Assembly: GCA_902596545.1 (NCBI GenBank)
Contig: CACJUH010000004.1
Coordinates: 25,170-89,169, forward strand
Source of the DNA: an uncultured Candidatus Actinomarina sp.
GTDB lineage: Bacteria > Actinomycetota > Acidimicrobiia > Actinomarinales > Actinomarinaceae
Direction: 5' to 3'
Length of the DNA stretch: 64,000 nucleotides
The notes below the pieces were generated by a model, which saw only the letters and a program-made list of their open reading frames with translations, did no database searches and had not been told where the DNA came from. Shown here one piece after another: positions 49,251 through 56,957 of this stretch (position 1 is the stretch's first letter; the number at the start of each line of letters is the position of its first letter). The position numbers and the translations under genes were made by a program.

Positions 49251-51136
49251 TATACAATCTCGGTATTTTAATTAGCTGGTTAAGCTTCTCGGTTTTAATA
49301 TATCTGTTTTTTACTAAAAGCAAATATAGAGTTCATTTACTTGTTCGAATAAATCTATTTTTACAAATTTTCTTATTTTGTTTATTAGAAATAGGCTTGT
49401 TCTTGAATGACTTTTCTGTGTCCTATATAGCTAATTACTCAGCTGTTTCTACTCCCCCGCTTTATAAGTTTGCATCTTTGTGGGGTTCTCTTGACGGTTC
49501 AATTTTATTGTGGAATTTATGCTTGAGCATATTTATGTTCCTTTATTTAAAGTACTATAAAATTGAAAATTCAAATCTAGACATAAAAATATTTTCATTT
49601 ATAACTATATTTTTTGTTGGTTATACAGTTTTCAGTTCCTCTCCTTTTGCAGGATGTATTGAATTAGCAATAGTTGGTTGCAATAAATCAACCTTAATTC
49701 CATTTCAAAATACCCTTATTAGTGATTTAGGAAGAGGACCAAATCCTTTATTACAAAATCACCCCTTGATGGCCATTCACCCTCCAATGCTTTATATAGG
49801 TTATGTAGGTATGACGCTTCCTTTTGTTGCAGCTACTAGTCGGTTGTTCAAAAGAGATCAATCAGATGATTGGATTGATGTAGCTGAAAGAACAACCTAT
49901 GTTCCTTGGTTATTCTTAACAATTGGTATAACTTTGGGCGCAGCATGGTCATATGAAGTTCTAGGTTGGGGCGGTTACTGGGCTTGGGATCCTGTTGAGA
50001 ACGTATCATTTATCCCATGGCTGCTTGCAACTGCATTTTTACACTCGTCAAAAATTCAAAAATCTAGCAATACATTATTAAATTGGAACTACATACTCAT
50101 TGGATTAATGTTTCTTTCTACAATTTTTGGAACATTTGTTACAAGATCTGGTGTTTTAATATCAGTTCATGCTTTTTCAAATGGAAATATCGGTACTTAT
50201 CTACTATTTGGTCTTACGATTTTTAGTTTGTTATTTATATTTATTGGTTCAAAGAATATTGAATACTTTTCTGGTTCTAAAAAAATTACTAATTGGTTTG
50301 GAAAATCAGGTTTTTTTGTTTTGAATAATATCATCTTGTTTTCTTCAGCTTTAATAGTATTTATTGGAACAATATTCCCATTATTTTATGAAACCATCTA
50401 TGACAGACAAATTACTATAGGTAGAGCTTATTACGATATTCTCGTAGGCCCAATGTTATTAGTTTTACTAGGTTTAATGATTTTCTCTATAAAGCTTTCA
50501 GTAAGAAATATAAATTTAAATTCTTGGTTTAATGAGAACTCTAATTTACTAAATTTATCACTAGTAATAGCTATATTTTTCCTAATAAATTTAAACAATA
50601 GTTATTTTTTAGTAGTTACCGTTGCTGCATCTGTAATTCTTATTATTTTAACAATTAAAAATATGGTTAAAAGAATAAGAATTACAGATGCGAATAAAAC
50701 CTACTGGACAGGACAAATAGCTCATTTGGGTATAGCTGTCTTTGCACTTGGTATTGTTTTAAATGTAACACAAAGCTACTCAACTGAAAAGGAAATCAAT
50801 TCTTTTCAAGAATTTGAATTTAATAACACTTCTTTTTTCGTATATGACTCTATAGAAGAAAATAAACCAGAAAAGACAATAATAAAACTCCCAATATCAA
50901 ATGAGATTACTACAAAATATACTTCTCTAAATATATTTAGAAATTCTTCGCAACAAGCAATTAGTTCGCCTGCTGTATTTAGATCATTAGCTAACGATAT
51001 CTATATAACTGTAAAATTTATAGATGAAGATAGTTATAAATTAATTGTTAGGAACAACTACGGTATTTTAATTATGTGGATTGGTTTATTTATATCCTCG
51101 ATTTCATTTATTCCAAGGTTAAAAAAACGTGTATAA
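49247..51136 (+). CDS. ccmF: Cytochrome c heme lyase CcmF
   Basis: SLWGSLDGS, NPLLQ.HP, HPPMLY, WSYEVLGWGGYWAWDPVEN, SVHAF. Confidence 0.96.
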   Translation: MIYNLGILISWLSFSVLIYLFFTKSKYRVHLLVRINLFLQIFLFCLLEIGLFLNDFSVSYIANYSAVSTPPLYKFASLWGSLDGSILLWNLCLSIFMFLYLKYYKIENSNLDIKIFSFITIFFVGYTVFSSSPFAGCIELAIVGCNKSTLIPFQNTLISDLGRGPNPLLQNHPLMAIHPPMLYIGYVGMTLPFVAATSRLFKRDQSDDWIDVAERTTYVPWLFLTIGITLGAAWSYEVLGWGGYWAWDPVENVSFIPWLLATAFLHSSKIQKSSNTLLNWNYILIGLMFLSTIFGTFVTRSGVLISVHAFSNGNIGTYLLFGLTIFSLLFIFIGSKNIEYFSGSKKITNWFGKSGFFVLNNIILFSSALIVFIGTIFPLFYETIYDRQITIGRAYYDILVGPMLLVLLGLMIFSIKLSVRNINLNSWFNENSNLLNLSLVIAIFFLINLNNSYFLVVTVAASVILIILTIKNMVKRIRITDANKTYWTGQIAHLGIAVFALGIVLNVTQSYSTEKEINSFQEFEFNNTSFFVYDSIEENKPEKTIIKLPISNEITTKYTSLNIFRNSSQQAISSPAVFRSLANDIYITVKFIDEDSYKLIVRNNYGILIMWIGLFISSISFIPRLKKRV

Positions 51137-51488
51137 AAAGTACTTAACATTCGCTTTAATATCTATTTTGGCATTTGTTCCTCAATTTCTTCCAGATGAT
51201 GAATCAAGATTTGATGAATGGAGTAAGTCTTTGTTATGCCCTGTATGTCAAGGTGAGACTATTTATGATTCTCCTTCTGAATATGCAGACGACATGAGAT
51301 CTATTCTTCAGGAACAAATAAACAACAATATGACAGATAATGATATTTATGAGTTTTGGGTCACTAGATATGGTGAGAAAATAATTACAAATCCTATTGA
51401 AAGAAATTATGAAGTTGTTTTGATTCCATTATTTTTAGTTTTGATATTCATATACGTTTTTTTGAGGAAGTTATATGTTAAAAAATAA
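51129..51488 (+). CDS. ccmH: CcmH/CcmL thiol protein
   Basis: LLCPVCQGETI, I...W..RYG. Confidence 0.9.
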   Translation: MYKKYLTFALISILAFVPQFLPDDESRFDEWSKSLLCPVCQGETIYDSPSEYADDMRSILQEQINNNMTDNDIYEFWVTRYGEKIITNPIERNYEVVLIPLFLVLIFIYVFLRKLYVKK

Positions 51489-52011
51489 ATGGTTTTATTC
51501 ATCAATTTTTATTATTTTATTCCCAATTTTTCTATTTGTTAATCTACAAAACAATACTGAGAATATGTCAAATCAATCAACAAACTTGGACGAAGTTTCA
51601 AATCAAGAAATGGAAAAAGTAATTGAATTGAATCCCGACATAATGCCTATGAGAATAGCACTAGCTAATAGGTATTTTGAAGCATATGATTATTCGAGTG
51701 CTTTACCCCACTTCATGTATGTTGCTGAAAATTCTAATGACATAGATTTAAAAAGTCTGTCATTATCTCAAATTGGTTGGATGGTATTTGAGTCTGGAGA
51801 TATAAATACATCTTTAAATTATATAAATGAGGCACTAAGAATATCCCCAAAGTCATTATTAGCTGAAACTTATAGAGGAATTATTTTAATTCAACAAACA
51901 GATACAAGAGATGAGGGAATACTTATTTTGAATTCATTACGTAATAATCCTTCATTATCGGAAGAAGATTTGTCAATTATTGAAGAGATTTTGGAAATTT
52001 ATGAAAGTTAG
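51475..52011 (+). CDS. Membrane-anchored TPR protein (CcmI/CycH-like)
   Basis: N-terminal TM plus TPR-like repeats, between ccmH and the thioredoxin. Confidence 0.65.
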   Translation: MLKNKWFYSSIFIILFPIFLFVNLQNNTENMSNQSTNLDEVSNQEMEKVIELNPDIMPMRIALANRYFEAYDYSSALPHFMYVAENSNDIDLKSLSLSQIGWMVFESGDINTSLNYINEALRISPKSLLAETYRGIILIQQTDTRDEGILILNSLRNNPSLSEEDLSIIEEILEIYES

Positions 52012-52483
52012 AATTGTTTTATTACTTTTTTTAATTATCTCATGCTCTGTAGATACTGAAGATTCGAAGATTGAAATTGATCAAAGTATTTTTAACAATC
52101 TTAAAACACTTGAAACAAATGAAAGTTTAACAATTGATACATCGAGCTATGTGATAATTAATTATTGGGCATCATGGTGCCTTGAATGTATTGAAGAACA
52201 TCAATACTTAATTCAATTATCAAAGACAAGAGGCTTGACTGATAAAGTTATACTTGTATCTTTCCAAGATTCTATTGAGAACTCAATAGACTTTCTTAAT
52301 GAATACGGAAGAGGAGATATAATTTACGCAATCGATACAGAAAGCAAGCTAGCTATTTATTCAGGGGTTTTTGGTGTTCCTGAAACGCATATAATTTTAA
52401 ATAATAAAATAGTAAAAAAATATATTGGTCCTCTTTCTTTAAGTGATTTAGAAGAAATAATAAATTCTTATTCAAATGAATGA
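52001..52483 (+). CDS. ccmG: TlpA/CcmG thiol-disulfide oxidoreductase (probable lipoprotein)
   Basis: WASWCLEC, FGVPET, lipobox-like IISC; start reassigned to ATG 52001. Confidence 0.82.
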   Translation: MKVRIVLLLFLIISCSVDTEDSKIEIDQSIFNNLKTLETNESLTIDTSSYVIINYWASWCLECIEEHQYLIQLSKTRGLTDKVILVSFQDSIENSIDFLNEYGRGDIIYAIDTESKLAIYSGVFGVPETHIILNNKIVKKYIGPLSLSDLEEIINSYSNE

Positions 52484-52506
52484 TATATGCAATTAAAATA
52501 AGAAAT

Positions 52507-52834
52507 GTGAGATGGATAATCGCGATTTATCGAGGAAAGTCCGGACTCCGTAGAGCATAGAGCTGGGTAACTCCCAGGCAAGTAATTGACGGAAAGTGCA
52601 ACAGAAAATATACCGCTTGTTTAGGCAAGTAAGGGTGAAAAGGTGGTGTAAGAGACCACCAGTAGTTTAAGTAATTAAACTAGCTTGCAAACCCCTCTAG
52701 GAGCAATACTAAGAAGCAATTAATCTGCTCGGTTAATAATTGCGGGTAAGTAGCTAGATATATTTGGTAACAAATATACAAGATGGATGATTATCATGCG
52801 CATTGCGTATACAGAATCCGGCTTATAGTTTCAC
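52507..52834 (+). ncRNA. rnpB: RNase P RNA (bacterial, type A-like)
   Basis: GAGGAAAGTCCGG, AGTGCAACAGAAA, AGGGTGAAAAGGTGGTGTAAGAG, GGAGCAA, ACAGAATCCGGCTTA; P1 pairing GTGAGAT/GTTTCAC; TAAAAT -10 at 52494-52499. Confidence 0.96.
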
Positions 52835-52841
52835 AAAACTC

Positions 52842-52864
52842 GGGTGCCTCTTAATGGGGCACCC
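52842..52864 (+). terminator. GC-rich hairpin after rnpB (probable terminator or processing signal, no U-tract)
   Basis: GGGTGCCTC-TTAAT-GGGGCACCC, 9-bp stem with one G.U. Confidence 0.6.
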
Positions 52865-52896
52865 ACCTAAAAAAAATATCAAACTATTATTGTTTC

Positions 52897-53877
52897 ATGA
52901 CAAAATTTTCATACTTCTTAGGTTCAGAACAATGGCAACCAGAAGACTTAATTAAACATGCTGAAATAGCTAGAGAAGCAGGATTTGAAATGCTAACAAT
53001 TTCAGAACATTTTCACCCATGGGTTGATGATTATTCTGCATCAAATTTCACATGGTCTACTTTAGGTGCTCTTGCTAACAAAATTCCTGAATTAGATCTT
53101 GGTACAGGTGTTACAACCCCACTTTGGAGAATGCATCCTGGAGTAGTAGCGCAGGCAGCTGCAACTGTTGATAGACTATCGTCTTCTACTTTTCATTTAG
53201 GAGTTGGTACTGGAGAAAACATAAATGAAGGACCTCTTGGATATGACTTTCCTAAATACGAAGAAAGAAAAAATAGACTAATTGAATCGTTAACAATTAT
53301 TAGAAGACTTCTTGATGGTGAAAAGCTTTCTTTCAATGGAGAATATTATAAAACTGAAAAAGCAAAGTTATACTCTCCCCCATTAAAACATATACCTATA
53401 TGGTTAGCTGCTGGCGGTCCTAAATCAGCTCAAGTGGCTGCTGAATATGCGGATGGTCTTATGATTAGCGTCAAAGATCCTAAAGATTCTTACGAAAGAG
53501 TTATAGACCCAGCTAAAGAAAAAACATCTGAGTTGAAAAAAGATAACCTATCAGTTCATACATATAGATGGACAATGTTTGCAGAAAATGATGATGATGC
53601 ATGGACTGCATTAAGATCATGGAGAGGTTTACGTGCACCCAGCAGGCTTCAACAACTAGATCCAGAAGCTTTGAGACTTGAAGCAGATAGTTTTCCTAAA
53701 GAAGAAATTATGGGTAAATTTTCAAAAGCTTCAACGATAGATGAGCTGTATGAAATTTATAAGCCGTTGGTTAATGAATTTGATTCAGAGATTGTAACAA
53801 TTCAAATATCTTCAATAAACCAAGAAGAAACAATCAGGTTATTAGGTAAAGAACTTTTACCCAAACTGCGTAAATAA
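52897..53877 (+). CDS. F420-dependent LLM oxidoreductase, G6PDH-like family
   Basis: EQWQP, AREAGF, ISEHFHPW, GTGVTTP, LGVGTGENINE, AAGGPKSA. Confidence 0.88.
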   Translation: MTKFSYFLGSEQWQPEDLIKHAEIAREAGFEMLTISEHFHPWVDDYSASNFTWSTLGALANKIPELDLGTGVTTPLWRMHPGVVAQAAATVDRLSSSTFHLGVGTGENINEGPLGYDFPKYEERKNRLIESLTIIRRLLDGEKLSFNGEYYKTEKAKLYSPPLKHIPIWLAAGGPKSAQVAAEYADGLMISVKDPKDSYERVIDPAKEKTSELKKDNLSVHTYRWTMFAENDDDAWTALRSWRGLRAPSRLQQLDPEALRLEADSFPKEEIMGKFSKASTIDELYEIYKPLVNEFDSEIVTIQISSINQEETIRLLGKELLPKLRK

Positions 53878-53878
53878 A

Positions 53879-54619
53879 TTGTTAACTTATTTAATAATTG
53901 GTTTTACCGGTGGCTTGTTGTCTGGTCTTCTTGGAGTAGGTGGAGGTGTAATTTTTGTCCCACTATTGACATATCTAACAAAAATAGATTTTAAAACTAA
54001 TACAGGAATTTCTTCACTTGCGGTAGTCTTTGTCGCTTCAGCGAGTAGCTTAACTTACATTTTTAATGACTTTAATAAAGGTTCAAATCTTATATTTGCA
54101 ACTCTAGTGATAATAACTGGTGGGGTTGTTGGTGGATATTTAGGGAGTAAATTAACTCCTAAAATAAATACAAAAGTTTTAGTAAGAATTTTTTCCTTAT
54201 TACTTATTGCAACAGCTTACAGAATGATTTTCTCAACATCAGTTAATGCAATATATGAAAATAACTTATTTCTTTATTTTTTAGTTGGATTTGTATCTGG
54301 AATAGGATCGGGTTTGCTTGGAATAGGTGGAGGGATAATTAGAATTCCAATGTTAATCCTGCTTGGAGGTTTTGAACAAATTATTGCTCAAGGTATTTCT
54401 TTAATTACTACAGTTCCTACAGCGTTAACAGCTGCTATTACAAAAATCCGTAAAAATAAAGATTCAGTAAAAAATGGTCTTTATGTTGGAATTTTTGGTA
54501 TCACTGGGTCTGTAATTGGGGGTAATTTTGTTTTTAATATTTCTGAAAGTATCTTAAATATTAGTTTTGGTATATTCTTAATTTTTGTTTCAATAAATAT
54601 GTTTTTTACATCAAAGTAA
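53879..54619 (+). CDS. TSUP (TauE/SafE) family transporter
   Basis: Duplicated GLLGVGGG..VP and GLLGIGGG..IP motifs, 8 TMs. Confidence 0.9.
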   Translation: MLTYLIIGFTGGLLSGLLGVGGGVIFVPLLTYLTKIDFKTNTGISSLAVVFVASASSLTYIFNDFNKGSNLIFATLVIITGGVVGGYLGSKLTPKINTKVLVRIFSLLLIATAYRMIFSTSVNAIYENNLFLYFLVGFVSGIGSGLLGIGGGIIRIPMLILLGGFEQIIAQGISLITTVPTALTAAITKIRKNKDSVKNGLYVGIFGITGSVIGGNFVFNISESILNISFGIFLIFVSINMFFTSK

Positions 54620-55075
54620 TTTTCCATTTTTTAAAAACAATTTCAAATTTTCAAAATTTTTAAATTTAATAATTAAATATAAGATACCTATTAAATTTAA
54701 AATTATTTCTACCTGTGAAGACAAAACAATAAAATTTTGTTCATTTTCAAAAAAAGGATATAAGAAAATACTCTGATTTGTCCATGTAAAACTAAGAACC
54801 AAATATAAAAAGGCCCCAATTGAAAACAATAAAGCATTGCTTCTAATTTTTGAACCACGTTTGGTAATAATCATTATTAAGAAAAATAAAGAAACATTAA
54901 ACAGTAAGCTATGACCTAAAAATTGAGTTTTATTTGAAATTCCAAAATTATAAATTAATGAATCAAGTAACAAGGGGTATAAACTTCCTAGTATTATAAA
55001 TCTTAAATCTGCAGCATAATCCTTAAAAATATAACGAAAAAGAAATATAGAAATACTTGATGTCCAAATTATCAT
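54611..55075 (-). CDS. Membrane protein, divergent metal-dependent hydrolase (YdjM-like)
   Basis: FRYIFKD..ADLRF..LG...P..LD...GHSLLF pattern. Confidence 0.55.
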   Translation of the reverse strand: MIIWTSSISIFLFRYIFKDYAADLRFIILGSLYPLLLDSLIYNFGISNKTQFLGHSLLFNVSLFFLIMIITKRGSKIRSNALLFSIGAFLYLVLSFTWTNQSIFLYPFFENEQNFIVLSSQVEIILNLIGILYLIIKFKNFENLKLFLKNGKLL

Positions 55076-55464
55076 ATTTCGTCTAAGGCTTCATTTGCTA
55101 GCTGGTCTGCTCTTGAGTTGAATTCTCTTCTGATATGATGAATTTCAATATCTTCGATTTGATTTATTAAGTTAAGGCTTTTTTCATAGTGAGATTGTAA
55201 TTTTTTTGATTTAACTTTATATTCCATGTTTACTTGCTGAACAACTAATAAGGAATCTAAAAATATTCTTACATTATTTACATTGTTTTCAACACAATAC
55301 TCTAAGGCAGCAATTAATCCTAAATACTCAGCTACATTATTTGTGTTAATTCCAATCTTTTTTTTAATAGTGTCAATTTCCACTTTATCTTTGTTGATAG
55401 ATACTCCAATAGAAGCATCGCCAGGATTAGAGCGAGAAGCTCCATCACAATATATTTCATACAT
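55072..55464 (-). CDS. rnhA: Ribonuclease HI (stand-alone)
   Basis: CDGASRSNPG, TNNVAEY, DSLLVVQQ, N.RAD.LAN; ATG 55464 overlaps the upstream stop (TAATG). Confidence 0.93.
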   Translation of the reverse strand: MYEIYCDGASRSNPGDASIGVSINKDKVEIDTIKKKIGINTNNVAEYLGLIAALEYCVENNVNNVRIFLDSLLVVQQVNMEYKVKSKKLQSHYEKSLNLINQIEDIEIHHIRREFNSRADQLANEALDEI

Positions 55465-56171
55465 TAAATAACCACACCCTGACAATATGGACACTGATTA
55501 TATTTAGAATCAAGGATTTTATCTAACTCACTTGATGTTAAACTAACTCCACAACAACCACACTGATCCTCATTTTTATATGCAGCAATTATCTCTACCC
55601 CATTATGCTTTAATTGATCGTAAAGTTTTACAATATCTTCTGGAAAAGAATTGAGTAATTTTGATTTGCTAATTTCGAGGTCGTTTATTTTCACATCTAA
55701 ATCTTTCCATTCAGATTGTATTTTTTTAGAATATTCAATTAATTCGGGTTTTAATCCCTCCAATGATTCTTCTATTTTTGAATAATCTATCAGATCTTCC
55801 GAATTTAATTCATTTAGTTTTTCAAGTGATTGACTCAAATCATTCACATTTTTTTCAACATTTGACTTTTGTAAATTAAAATTTTGTAGTTCCCCAGCAT
55901 CAAGTTTAGGATTTTGGAGTTTTTCTAAAATATTTTTTAATTTGTTTTCGTTTTCTAATATTTGCTTATCAATGCTCTTTTTTTCTTCAAAATAACTGAT
56001 AAGGTCTTCTTTCTTTTTGTTTAAAAGCGAAGTGCTTTCATTATATTTTTTTTCTAAATTTTTTAATATATTTACACTATCCCCTTGGGACTTTTCTGTA
56101 ATTAATTTAAATATTTCGTTATCTAAATTTTGTAAATCAATCAAATTACTTAACAAAAAAGGTTCATTCAT
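55464..56171 (-). CDS. C4-type zinc ribbon protein (DUF164/Rv2229c-like)
   Basis: LQNLD...long coiled coil...CGCC...CPYC; lies between nif3 and rnhA. Confidence 0.85.
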   Translation of the reverse strand: MNEPFLLSNLIDLQNLDNEIFKLITEKSQGDSVNILKNLEKKYNESTSLLNKKKEDLISYFEEKKSIDKQILENENKLKNILEKLQNPKLDAGELQNFNLQKSNVEKNVNDLSQSLEKLNELNSEDLIDYSKIEESLEGLKPELIEYSKKIQSEWKDLDVKINDLEISKSKLLNSFPEDIVKLYDQLKHNGVEIIAAYKNEDQCGCCGVSLTSSELDKILDSKYNQCPYCQGVVI

Positions 56172-56934
56172 AATACTTATTATAAAAATACTCGAGCTTT
56201 GTTCCTAGCTGATTACCTAAATTGTTAACGAATTTTGTCATTCCTGGAATTTCAGTTGATAAGTGATTGACTTGAATTAATCCTAAATGTGTTTCATCGC
56301 CTTTTAATAGATATCTATGTGAGATATCACCAGTGATGAAAACATCGACTTTAGATACAATTTCTTCTAAAAATTGGGTTCCTGATCCAGGCAAGATTGC
56401 AATTGTGTTTATCTCCTTAATTTCCTGGAAATATTCGTTTGTTCTAACAATTTTTGTATTAAGTTTTGATTCAACAATTTCTTTAAGTTCACTGTTTGAT
56501 GTTTTTGGTATATTTCCATAACGGCCAGCTCCAAATTTTCCAACAGTGTGAGCAAAAACTTTAGTGTCTGTAATGCCGAATAAATCAACTAATGAGTCTG
56601 CATTTCCTCCATTGCAAACGTCTTGTGCAGTATGGATTGTAATAATATTTAATCCTGATTCTCTACATTTCGCTGTTAAAAAGTCATCTTCAAAAGTTTC
56701 AGTACCATCATCTTTTAAAATTTTTTGAAGTGGAGGTGGGTGGTAGGTAATTAAAGTGTTGATGTTGTTGTTAGTTGAATAATCTAAAATAGAGTTTTCT
56801 AATTCATGTGCAACAGCTACCCCATTTACTTCAGAATCTTCTGAACCAACAGTTATCCCTACAAAATCGTCTTCAAAAGCATAATTAAGAGGAACTAATG
56901 AATTTACAGTTTCTAGTAATTTACCAACATTCAC
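56164..56934 (-). CDS. Nif3-like dinuclear metal center protein
   Basis: D.VG, ITYHP, HTAQD, GSG, ITGD, H...E. Confidence 0.88.
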   Translation of the reverse strand: MNVGKLLETVNSLVPLNYAFEDDFVGITVGSEDSEVNGVAVAHELENSILDYSTNNNINTLITYHPPPLQKILKDDGTETFEDDFLTAKCRESGLNIITIHTAQDVCNGGNADSLVDLFGITDTKVFAHTVGKFGAGRYGNIPKTSNSELKEIVESKLNTKIVRTNEYFQEIKEINTIAILPGSGTQFLEEIVSKVDVFITGDISHRYLLKGDETHLGLIQVNHLSTEIPGMTKFVNNLGNQLGTKLEYFYNKYYE

Positions 56935-56957
56935 TTAATTAATAGTAATAAATAAAT

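Noticed and set aside
52842-52876. tRNA or small RNA after rnpB
   Set aside because: A single 9-bp stem with no cloverleaf or T-loop; best explained as a terminator or processing hairpin
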